Assembly (NCBI GenBank): GCA_009903825.1
Contig: WYEN01000075.1
Coordinates: 7,368-31,367, forward strand
DNA: 24,000 nt
DNA from: Desulfurococcales archaeon
GTDB taxonomy: Archaea; Thermoproteota; Thermoprotei_A; Sulfolobales; AG1
Direction: 5' to 3'
Each line of letters opens with the position of its first letter. The first letter of the stretch is position 1. Made by a program: the position numbers and the translations under genes. The notes beneath the pieces are model-generated. The model saw nothing but the letters and a program-made list of their open reading frames with translations, was not told the origin of the DNA and ran no database searches. Of this stretch, positions 1 through 7,523 are shown piece by piece.

Positions 1-140
1 TATATTAATCAGCCTTATACACCTTAAAAAATTATATAAAAGATATATTTAACAGAATTAACATTGATCAATGCCTATAGACCTTTTAATAAAAATATAC
101 TTGTGAGAATACATTAGGCACAAAACTTGATCGGTATATT

Positions 141-160
141 CATTTTTAAATATAAAAATA
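141..160 (+). promoter_or_regulatory. TATA-like AT-rich box upstream of the ATG at 169
   Basis: The sequence catttttaaatataaaaata lies about 10-28 nt upstream of the first ATG (169). The position fits an archaeal TATA box for a leaderless or short-leader transcript. Sequence inference only. Confidence 0.3.
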
Positions 161-168
161 TATTTATA

Positions 169-888
169 ATGGATACAGCATTGGATGAGTGGTACATAAA
201 TATAATAAATATATTAGCCGTGCTAGTGCCTGTTTTAAGTAGTTTGGGAGGAATAAGCTATTGGCTGGGAAAGAAATTTACTGAGATTGATCAAAGATTT
301 GAAGATATTGATCAAAGGTCTAGACGTATTGAAGAGAGATTTAAGGCTATTGATCAGAGATTTATTGAAATAGATGAGAGATTCAAAAAGATTGATCAGA
401 GGTTTGAAGAGCTGAATAAGAGGATAGATGTTATAGAAAGAGATTTGAATGATCTTAGGAGATATGTTGATCAAAGGTTTAATGAGGTTGATCAAAGATT
501 TATTAGTTTAGAGAGACATATAGACACCAGATTATCAAGACTTGGAGAGGCCTTCAGATCTTATCAAGAATTTTTCATAGAATATCTTGCCACACAAGGA
601 TTTCTAAAGCCTCTGGAGGCTTCAATGCTTAAAAACGAGGCCTCCAGATTTATCAAACTGGCGTTTATGAATCCTCTTTCTAAAGATGAGCTGAGAAGAA
701 TTAAAGAGCTTTTAGACAAAGATGAGCTGACATTAGAAGAAGCTTTAGAGCTTAGAGAGCTTGCCAGAAAAGTGACAGATGAATATGGAGACAGACCTGA
801 GGCCTGGAAACTTCATATATACGCCTCTATAATGGTCGGCTATGCTCTTAGAAAAATGAGGGAAAAAGAAGAGAAAGAGAAAAAATAG
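169..888 (+). CDS. Membrane-anchored coiled-coil protein with IDQRFxx heptad repeats (no family recognised)
   Basis: The tracked ORF is 127..888 with a TTG start; the first ATG at 169 follows the TATA-like box. One hydrophobic helix (INIINILAVLVPVLSSLGGISYWLG) is followed by 12 heptads of consensus I-D-Q-R-F-x-x. After that come a helical C-terminal domain and a KEKEEKEKK tail. Confidence 0.7.
   Translation: MDTALDEWYINIINILAVLVPVLSSLGGISYWLGKKFTEIDQRFEDIDQRSRRIEERFKAIDQRFIEIDERFKKIDQRFEELNKRIDVIERDLNDLRRYVDQRFNEVDQRFISLERHIDTRLSRLGEAFRSYQEFFIEYLATQGFLKPLEASMLKNEASRFIKLAFMNPLSKDELRRIKELLDKDELTLEEALELRELARKVTDEYGDRPEAWKLHIYASIMVGYALRKMREKEEKEKK
286..543 (+). repeat. In-frame 21-nt periodic tandem repeat (att gat car aga ttt nnn nnn) encoding the heptad array
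   Basis: Read directly: IDQRFED/IDQRSRR/IEERFKA/IDQRFIE/IDERFKK/IDQRFEE/LNKRIDV/IERDLND, then a 4-residue skip (LRRY), then VDQRFNE/VDQRFIS/LERHIDT/RLSRLGE. Confidence 0.8.
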
Positions 889-925
889 GCTGAAATTCTC
901 TTCATCATATATTAACGGCTAGATC

Positions 926-1207
926 TTATTTACATATGTTGTTCTCAACTAGATCTCTATGGATCTTTATAAACTCCTTCAGGATCAATGACCTACATTC
1001 TCTAACACCCTTGTCAACAGGCGCCTCTGACACTGCTAGAACAATATAATAATTTTTGTCGCTCTGCTCCTCAAGATACATTCTAAAACTTTTTCTCCAA
1101 AAATTTTTTGAGAGGCTCTCATTAATTTTCTGAAGAACAAGATCAGGATTACAACCGAAAGCCTCGCCCTTTAGGGCGGAGAGGAGGTCAGTATCACAAC
1201 AACACAT
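926..1207 (-). CDS. Hypothetical small protein (doubtful)
   Basis: A 93-aa ORF fills the 385-nt gap between two plus-strand genes. Its N-terminus (MCCCDTDLLSALKGEAFG) is encoded by the GC-rich hairpin motif at 1162-1191, which may instead be RNA or regulatory. No recognisable domain. Confidence 0.3.
   Translation of the reverse strand: MCCCDTDLLSALKGEAFGCNPDLVLQKINESLSKNFWRKSFRMYLEEQSDKNYYIVLAVSEAPVDKGVRECRSLILKEFIKIHRDLVENNICK
1162..1191 (+). other. GC-rich palindrome/hairpin (CGCCCT-TT-AGGGCG) plus purine tract GAGAGGAGGTCAG; copy 1 of a two-copy motif
   Basis: Residues 1174-1191 (GGGCGGAGAGGAGGTCAG) match 7560-7578 (GGGCGGGAGAGGAGGTCAG) apart from one extra G. Both copies are preceded by a CGCCCT arm that pairs with GGGCG. 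This is a GC island in an AT-rich spacer, with a T6 run at 1216-1221 downstream. Confidence 0.35.
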
Positions 1208-1273
1208 ATATGAAATTTTTTAAGACGCCTCTAGCCATGTCCTATCATCATATATTATTAATAAATCAATTTT

Positions 1274-2290
1274 ATGAAATATGATTATTTATTAAATCAG
1301 AGAATGGAGAGAATAGAGGTGCGCACTATGATCTTTGGCGATGAAAATGTTATTGGTGTCTCTCATGAAGAAGATATTGATGGAATAGGCTCGGCAGCTA
1401 TTCTCCTCAGAGTATTAGGTGTTAGAAATATTGTTCTCACTAATTATCATAGAGAGAAATGGTATTATGCTGTCAAAAAGATCAGAGGCTACTGTGAGTC
1501 TCTGGGCAACATCACTATCTATATCACTGATCTTAATCTTAAGAAATGGATGATTAATAGTCTTGATCATGGGTTGTCAAATTGTGTTAAAAAGATTTAT
1601 TGGATAGATCATCATTTATGGGATAAAGAATCAGATGAGCTCACTGATAAACTAGGATATTATGTTAAATATAATGATGCTAAACATACGGCATCTGAGA
1701 ATCTCGCTGAGTTCTTAGGCGTGAAAGAAGATCCTGTTGTAGATCTTATAAAGATCTTGTCTAGAGACTCTGATTTTGGTATTATGCAACATTTTCTCAC
1801 AGAGCCTCTCACAGATCTTATAAGATATCTAGTCTACATCAAGAAGAGCAAGGCTCTTCTGAAGAAGCTTGTGAGAAAAATATCTAGAGGAGTATTCTGG
1901 GATTATGAGACAGAGGTTCTCTGGAGGAATGCTTATAAGATGAAGAGAGAAGTTGTTGAGAACACCTTGAGAAACTATATATATAAAGAAGTTGATGATA
2001 GAAAGATCTATTTCTTCTTCACTGAGCCTGTAACATCATCATATTCTCTTCTCAAGAATTTTGGCGAGAAATATGATCTTGCCATAGTGATCTTTAGCAA
2101 CGGATCTATAACAATCGTGAGAGAAAGAGATAGAGATGATATTGATTGTTCAGAGATTGCTCGTAGACTAGGTGGAGGAGGTCATAGACATATTGCAGGC
2201 GTGCAGGTCAGGAGGAGAATGATTAGAGAAAAAGATCTTCTTCTTCAGAGAATTATTAACGTCTTGAGAGAATATTTTGAAAAGAAATGA
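1274..2290 (+). CDS. DHH/DHHA1-family phosphoesterase (NrnA/RecJ-like)
   Basis: Motifs in order: HEEDIDGIGSAA (DxD), ITDLN, WIDHH (DHH), and GGGGHRHIAG (DHHA1 GGGH). The start may be an internal Met (M11 or M19). Confidence 0.85.
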   Translation: MKYDYLLNQRMERIEVRTMIFGDENVIGVSHEEDIDGIGSAAILLRVLGVRNIVLTNYHREKWYYAVKKIRGYCESLGNITIYITDLNLKKWMINSLDHGLSNCVKKIYWIDHHLWDKESDELTDKLGYYVKYNDAKHTASENLAEFLGVKEDPVVDLIKILSRDSDFGIMQHFLTEPLTDLIRYLVYIKKSKALLKKLVRKISRGVFWDYETEVLWRNAYKMKREVVENTLRNYIYKEVDDRKIYFFFTEPVTSSYSLLKNFGEKYDLAIVIFSNGSITIVRERDRDDIDCSEIARRLGGGGHRHIAGVQVRRRMIREKDLLLQRIINVLREYFEKK

Positions 2291-3961
2291 TCATATGATC
2301 TCTGGCATATATCTCTTCTCAATATAATCAGGATCTTCTCTCAAAATTTTAACAGCTTTAGGAAGATAATTTATTATCTCATCAGGTGTCACACCATCTT
2401 CACCAAGCTCGTCAGCCGCAAGATCTCCTGCAAGCCCATGTATTAAAACGCCCATTCTAGTTGCATCCTCAATATTTCTAAAGCCTATTCCATACATCGC
2501 CGCTATAGATCCTACGAGGACATCTCCAGTGCCTGCTTTAGCCATTCCAGGGTTTCCAGTCATATTCACAAATATTTTTCCATCTGGACATCCGATGAGT
2601 GTGTGAGCTCCTTTTAAAACTATGATGCTTCTCCATTCAAAAACTGTTTTTCTCAAGATCTCAACAGGATTCTCAGAGATCTGATCAATCTTTAATCCTG
2701 TCAGTCTTGAGAACTCTCCTAGATGAGGAGTTATGATCGTTGGGCTTCTCCTCTCTTTAACAAGATCTGTTCTTCCAGCTATTGCTGTTATCCCGTCTCC
2801 ATCTATTATCAGAGGCCTCTCAATGATGGGGACAAGCTCTCTGATAAGCTCTTGCGTCTCGTTATTAAGAGAGGCTCCTGAGCCTATAGCCACTATATCA
2901 ATATCATATTCATCTATTATCTCAAGGATCTTTTTATAATTGATTTTTGATATGCTGCCTTCCTCAGTCTCCTCCATTGGGATAAAAACAATCTCACTAT
3001 TTCTACTTGCTATATAAGGTATGATGCTCTTCGGAGCTGCAAGTCTAGAATATCCTCCGCCAGCTTTTAAAAATGAGTATGAGGCGTAGTATGGAGCGCC
3101 ATAATAATATCTTGCCCCTCCGATCACCAGAAATTTTCCGAAGACACCTTTATGACCCCATCTGATTCTCTCAGGAGGCTTCATAGGATGATTTAGAAAC
3201 GTCTTGATCTCTTCAGAATCTAACAGCTGAGGTGGATATGAGAGTCTTGAGATAAAGAGTTTGCCATTATAATAATACCCTGGGTATAATATGTTTCCGT
3301 ATTTAGGCATTCCAAAAGTCACTGTATAACTAGATTTTATTGCGGCTCCATAGATTTTTCCATTGTCTCCTCCAACCCCTGACGGTATGTCGACACTCAC
3401 AACAATTTTTCTGAGACTATTGATATATTCGATAAGTCTTCTTCTAAATCCTGTGACCTCACCACGTAGTCCTATACCTATTATTCCTGAGATAAAGACT
3501 TCACATTGAGAAAGTCTTCCGATATTTTTATCAAGATCATCGTCATTAACAATATGATATATAGGGATCCCTATTTTAGAGGCTGTCTCATAATTTCTTC
3601 TCATAAGATCAGTTGCCTTAGAAAGATCTCCTATAACATAGATCTCTACGTAGGAGCCTGAGGCATATAATCTTCTTCCAGCGACAATAGCATCTCCACC
3701 ATTATTTCCAGTTCCGGCCAATACGCAGAACCTTTTGTCGAGACCTATCTCTCTCAGAACAACATTATAGACAGAAGATCCTGCATCCTCCATGAGAAGC
3801 ATATGATCTATGCCATATCTTTTTGAGGCCTCCTCATCTATTTTTCTCATCTCATCAACACTACAGATCTTTATAAGATTTTTTCTCAAAACTCCTCCCA
3901 AAACATTTTTCAATATAACATTATTAGGTTTGTATGTATAATTATAGAGATGGCTTAACAA
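2291..3961 (-). CDS. nnr: Bifunctional NAD(P)H-hydrate repair enzyme (YjeF_N epimerase + ADP-dependent dehydratase)
   Basis: The N-terminal half has GTGNNGGDAIVAGR. The C-terminal half has a carbohydrate-kinase-like TGNPGMAKAGTGDVLVG motif. The start is uncertain: an alternative TTG at 3889 is preceded by GGGAGGAG. Confidence 0.9.
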   Translation of the reverse strand: MLSHLYNYTYKPNNVILKNVLGGVLRKNLIKICSVDEMRKIDEEASKRYGIDHMLLMEDAGSSVYNVVLREIGLDKRFCVLAGTGNNGGDAIVAGRRLYASGSYVEIYVIGDLSKATDLMRRNYETASKIGIPIYHIVNDDDLDKNIGRLSQCEVFISGIIGIGLRGEVTGFRRRLIEYINSLRKIVVSVDIPSGVGGDNGKIYGAAIKSSYTVTFGMPKYGNILYPGYYYNGKLFISRLSYPPQLLDSEEIKTFLNHPMKPPERIRWGHKGVFGKFLVIGGARYYYGAPYYASYSFLKAGGGYSRLAAPKSIIPYIASRNSEIVFIPMEETEEGSISKINYKKILEIIDEYDIDIVAIGSGASLNNETQELIRELVPIIERPLIIDGDGITAIAGRTDLVKERRSPTIITPHLGEFSRLTGLKIDQISENPVEILRKTVFEWRSIIVLKGAHTLIGCPDGKIFVNMTGNPGMAKAGTGDVLVGSIAAMYGIGFRNIEDATRMGVLIHGLAGDLAADELGEDGVTPDEIINYLPKAVKILREDPDYIEKRYMPEII

Positions 3962-4021
3962 TCTAGTGATGAAAATAGTTTGATAAAATCAATATTAAAA
4001 AGATCCTTGGAGAATGATCAT

Positions 4022-4939
4022 ATGATCATTACTAAAGATCTTGTGAAAATATATAGAGGCGGAGTAAAAGCGCTTGACAGAGTTGATATCAGAACGCCTT
4101 CTGAAGGCATAATATCTTTCGTAGGATCTAATGGTGCTGGAAAGACAACTCTTATGCGTATATTAGCAGGAGTTCTAAAACCAACCTCAGGATATGTAGA
4201 GGTTGCTGGAGTAGATGTTGTTAGAGAGCCTCAGAAGATTAGAGAGAGAACATCATATATGCCGCAAGGATCTACTCCTCCAGGATTTTCAACGCCTTAT
4301 CAATTCATAACCTCATATCTTATGTATAGAGGATTCTCATATAAAGAGGCTAGAGAAAAGGCTCTGGAAGTGATCAGATTATTCGAGCTTGAGAATATCA
4401 TGATGAGAAGATGTTCAGAACTCTCATACGGGACTCAACAGAGAGTTGTAGCCTCCGCAGTTATAGCCTCAGACGCTGACATCATGATCCTTGACGAGCC
4501 CACGTCAGGTCTAGATCCTATTGCGAGAAGAAGGTTCTGGGCAGCTTTATATTCTCTTAAAAGAAGAGGTAAGATGATTCTTATAACAAGTCATAATCCC
4601 GAGGAGATTGAGTCTATAAGCGACTATATTATTGTTATGAGTCGTGGAAATATTGTTGCACAAGGCGATCTAAAGAATTTGTTAAGATCTATAGAGTTTA
4701 AGAGAGTAATAGAGATCTATAGTGAAGACTCTTTCATCAACATATATGAAGAGAAGCTTAAGACAGATACTGTCTACAGACTTAGGAATATGATAGTGTC
4801 ATATTATAAAGACGAGGATCAGGCTGACAAAATAGTTGATCAATTATCTAGAGACGGTCTGAAGATAAGGATCAGACCTGTCTCAGTCACAGATCTTCTT
4901 CTTCTAAGAGGTGACTATTTGTATGAGGAGACTGATTAG
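4022..4939 (+). CDS. ABC transporter ATP-binding protein (ABC-2 type)
   Basis: Walker A GSNGAGKTT, signature LSYGTQQRV and Walker B IMILDEPTSGLD are present. The tracked ORF starts at TTG 3980. The ATG at 4022 gives the usual short N-terminus (MIITKDLVKIY). Confidence 0.9.
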   Translation: MIITKDLVKIYRGGVKALDRVDIRTPSEGIISFVGSNGAGKTTLMRILAGVLKPTSGYVEVAGVDVVREPQKIRERTSYMPQGSTPPGFSTPYQFITSYLMYRGFSYKEAREKALEVIRLFELENIMMRRCSELSYGTQQRVVASAVIASDADIMILDEPTSGLDPIARRRFWAALYSLKRRGKMILITSHNPEEIESISDYIIVMSRGNIVAQGDLKNLLRSIEFKRVIEIYSEDSFINIYEEKLKTDTVYRLRNMIVSYYKDEDQADKIVDQLSRDGLKIRIRPVSVTDLLLLRGDYLYEETD

Positions 4940-5672
4940 AGAGCTCAGAGCAATAACTGTCTTAGGATTATTCAACGGCTATATACCAGTTAAAAACAAT
5001 CCTCTATGGATCATATCATTCACTCTAGGACCTGTCTCATATCTATTTCTATTATATATGATCGGTAGAGAGAATATTGTGGAATACGCCTTCATCGGAG
5101 GACTAGTTCTCTCAATGTCAGCATCCGCCTACGGACTGTTGGGAGACATAATATGGTATAGAAACAGTCTTAAGATACAAGATATGTTTATTGTCACACC
5201 AAACTCTATATACACATATGCTCTTGGAATAGCGTTATCATCATATATATGGGCTCTGCCTTCTCTAGCCATCTTCATTATAATAGGATTTCTAATGAGT
5301 ATTCTTAGGAACATATATGTTCTGGGAGTTATAATAGGACTGACAACCATCTTATGGATAAACACGGCGTTATTCACATTATACATATCAAGATTCATAA
5401 GATCCGAGAAATACGTCTGGCCACTAGTCTCAATAATAAGTCTCGGATTATCAGTCTTTCCACCAGTATACTACCCAGTGACTATATTGCCCAGAGACAT
5501 GTGGATGATAGCATTGATACCTCCGACAGCCTCATCAGCATTATTAATAGAAAGCTTCTCAGGGATGATAGATGTTGAAAACTTCTATATATTATATTCA
5601 ATATTTAATCTAGCTGTTCAAACAATGGCACTAGCTATTTTACACAAAAGATCTTTAGTGTTATCAGAGTAA
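4923..5672 (+). CDS. ABC-2 type transporter permease
   Basis: Six or so hydrophobic segments. It overlaps the upstream ATPase stop by 17 nt (ATG 4923; the tracked GTG is at 4911), which is typical ATPase-permease coupling. Confidence 0.75.
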   Translation: MRRLIRELRAITVLGLFNGYIPVKNNPLWIISFTLGPVSYLFLLYMIGRENIVEYAFIGGLVLSMSASAYGLLGDIIWYRNSLKIQDMFIVTPNSIYTYALGIALSSYIWALPSLAIFIIIGFLMSILRNIYVLGVIIGLTTILWINTALFTLYISRFIRSEKYVWPLVSIISLGLSVFPPVYYPVTILPRDMWMIALIPPTASSALLIESFSGMIDVENFYILYSIFNLAVQTMALAILHKRSLVLSE

Positions 5673-5733
5673 GGAAATGAGCCGATTACTTTTTACAAAA
5701 TTCTTCGGACGCTATGAGATGGTCTAACATGAT

Positions 5734-6987
5734 CTATATATGATCTATTATATCGATCTCTTCTATATCAAGTTTTTTGTTTAGAAGCTGTGATAATGAT
5801 GGTGTTGTTCTCTCATTATCTCCTTTAATAAATTCCTCAATATAGATCCTTTTATCAGCTGATATTTTCATGATGAATCTATTTGATGACAAGATCTTGT
5901 GTTCCAATATATTTACAATAGATCTTCTCATAACATCTGGGTATCCTCTCTCAAGCAGTCTCGTAGGAGTTTTCTGAGTTACTAATATGCCGTTTTTATA
6001 TTCATCAACTATTTTTCTGAGAAGATCCTCCTCAACGTCTTCATCAGATGATATCTTGATCTCGTATATAAGTCTAGAGAATTTAGTGTTGATCTCTTCA
6101 ATATCTCTTCTATTTATTCTTGAGAGGATTTTTACTTCAAATGGAGGGATTTTTCCAATGATCTCGTTGAGATCTTTCACAGAAGGCTTTCCTCTTCTAG
6201 GAGAATGAATCTCTAGTATAGCCACAACGCCGTTGCCAAGGATCCTGTATCTTCTGCTGTCTCTAGCGACAAGATGGATCCTTACTTCAGAAGGCTCGTA
6301 GATAGAAAGCTTCTCTTTAATCATGTTCTCTAGAGAGTCTCTGGATCCTTTTATGAGATGACCTCTCTCATTTTTCCACACTTTGATCATATAGATTGCT
6401 GATGGATAGCTTATGACTATAGCTCCTGTGCCAACGTCTATAGTAAGAACAACGTTTGGATCATCGAAATCAGGTTTGAAACCTCTTCTCAGAACATTTT
6501 TACCGATCTCTCTTTTAAGCTCTTTCTTGATGCTCTCCCAATAGATGATCCCGTATTCTCTCGCCACAGTCTCTTCTCTCTCAGAATAATCTTTAGGCAT
6601 TTTAACACCTAGAATAAATCTGTCTATATTCTTCTCTCTCAATATCTCTGACACTCTATCACTGAAATCCTCGATAAATCTCTTTATCTCAGATCTACAT
6701 ATGAAACATTTCTCATTCTCAATCTCTTCTCCAGACAATATCTTCAGAGATGATGTGAAAGGCTCTCCACCATTTCTAGCAAAAATCTTAAGCTCCTCAG
6801 AAAGCTTCTTAGGATCTTCTGAATAATATCTTCGGAAAAGATCCATTAGAAGAACTGTTTTAAGAGATCTCCCCCTAAGATCATTTGTCAATCCTCTTCC
6901 AAGAGAAGCAAATAATCTTCCTAGACAATTATCACATAAAGGATATTTCCTCAAGATCTTTTCAACAAGATCTATAAGATCACTCAT
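5734..6987 (-). CDS. pus10: tRNA pseudouridine(54/55) synthase Pus10
   Basis: N-terminal zinc-ribbon/THUMP-type signature (YPLCDNCLGRLFA ... CFIC). The ~415 aa length and overall layout fit archaeal Pus10. GGAGGT sits 3 nt upstream of the ATG. Confidence 0.8.
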   Translation of the reverse strand: MSDLIDLVEKILRKYPLCDNCLGRLFASLGRGLTNDLRGRSLKTVLLMDLFRRYYSEDPKKLSEELKIFARNGGEPFTSSLKILSGEEIENEKCFICRSEIKRFIEDFSDRVSEILREKNIDRFILGVKMPKDYSEREETVAREYGIIYWESIKKELKREIGKNVLRRGFKPDFDDPNVVLTIDVGTGAIVISYPSAIYMIKVWKNERGHLIKGSRDSLENMIKEKLSIYEPSEVRIHLVARDSRRYRILGNGVVAILEIHSPRRGKPSVKDLNEIIGKIPPFEVKILSRINRRDIEEINTKFSRLIYEIKISSDEDVEEDLLRKIVDEYKNGILVTQKTPTRLLERGYPDVMRRSIVNILEHKILSSNRFIMKISADKRIYIEEFIKGDNERTTPSLSQLLNKKLDIEEIDIIDHI

Positions 6988-7036
6988 TAACCTCCAACAA
7001 CATAATATATAACAAGATGATATATATCTTCACAAC

Positions 7037-7088
7037 TCAGTCAGGGGTTCGATCATCATTTATCAGGACTCGGCAAACACATCATCAT
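7037..7088 (-). ncRNA. Box C/D sRNA (2'-O-methylation guide), double guide
   Basis: The minus strand reads AUGAUGA(C)-UGUGUUUGCCGAGUC-CUGA(D')-UAA-AUGAUGA(C')-UCGAACCCCUGA-CUGA(D). Both C boxes are perfect. The D'-C' spacer is 3 nt and the D guide is 12 nt. It is intergenic, with a TATA-like box about 21-32 nt upstream. Confidence 0.8.
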
Positions 7089-7108
7089 TAATAAATACTG
7101 CGAGGCAG

Positions 7109-7120
7109 ATAATAAATATG
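7109..7120 (-). promoter_or_regulatory. TATA-like box for the C/D sRNA
   Basis: Minus-strand CATATTTATTAT ends 21 nt upstream of the C box. This spacing places the transcription start a few nt before AUGAUGA. Confidence 0.4.
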
Positions 7121-7181
7121 TTCCTTTGAAAAGATCTTTTATAAAATTTTTAAGAAGTCTTGAGATACAGCATAGAGAATA

Positions 7182-7388
7182 TTGCTGAGCCCTATAGACA
7201 TTGATATTGATATCTTAAAATTATTAGAGCAGTCTCTAAGATTCTTTAGAAAAGATCTTGTCTATCTGATGTATAATAGTGCTGTGAGAGGAGACTCCGA
7301 TAAGAAGAATGATCTTGGTCTACTGATCATTATGAAAAATCATCTGGACACAAGATTTAAAAATCGATCTTTTCTACAAAATAAGTAA
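7182..7388 (+). pseudogene. Possible truncated/degenerate minimal nucleotidyltransferase (MNT-like) remnant
   Basis: The segment LVYLMYNSAVRGDSDKKNDLGLLII resembles the Pol-beta NTase signature hhhhGSxARGDxxxxSDIDLLhh. However, G is replaced by N and the second catalytic Asp by G. The start is TTG, the ORF is only 68 aa, and there is no HEPN partner. Confidence 0.25.
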
Positions 7389-7523
7389 AAGCCCTGATCC
7401 TTATTATCATTAAATTATTTTATATAGGATACCAAGTAGATTTTGTGATTATAAAGATTCATAAGAAGCCGAGAAGATCTCCTTTACAGATGTTGCCCCG
7501 AATAGATGAGAGAAACCTATGAA

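Noticed and set aside
286-543. Regular 21-nt repeats as a possible CRISPR array or minisatellite
   Set aside because: The period is exactly 7 codons and in frame, with no spacer/repeat alternation. The repeats diverge at synonymous and x-x positions. This is a coding heptad array.
1181-1191. GAGGAGGT in both motif copies as a Shine-Dalgarno sequence for a small ORF
   Set aside because: No ATG, GTG or TTG lies within the usual 4-10 nt downstream in either copy. The nearest downstream mini-ORFs (24 aa and 16 aa) are unrelated to each other.
1188-1251. Minus-strand reading of both motif loci as long C/D sRNAs: ATGATGA at 1245-1251 / 7639-7645, and CTGA at 1188-1191 / 7575-7578
   Set aside because: The box C to box D distance is 53 and 60 nt with no credible internal D'/C' pair. 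The intervening sequences are unrelated. The ATGATGA is more simply the reverse complement of the TATA-proximal TCATCAT block of the plus-strand promoters.
4014-4029. A perfect 16-bp palindrome ATGATCATATGATCAT over the ABC ATPase start. Its 14-nt core is repeated at 2287-2300, with related TGATCATATG junctions at 13899-13908 and 16712-16721
   Set aside because: It is built from stop (TGA), start (ATG) and the heavily over-represented GATC. Given the window size and AT-rich composition, a few exact 14-mer duplicates are expected by chance. I treat it as compositional unless the genome-wide GATC analysis says otherwise.
7041-7056. The plus-strand sequence tcaGGGGTTCGAtcatc looks like a tRNA T-arm, suggesting a tRNA gene or fragment
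   Set aside because: There is no complementary 3' T-stem strand, acceptor stem, D-arm or anticodon arm on either side. The sequence is explained as the antisense of the D guide of the minus-strand C/D sRNA.
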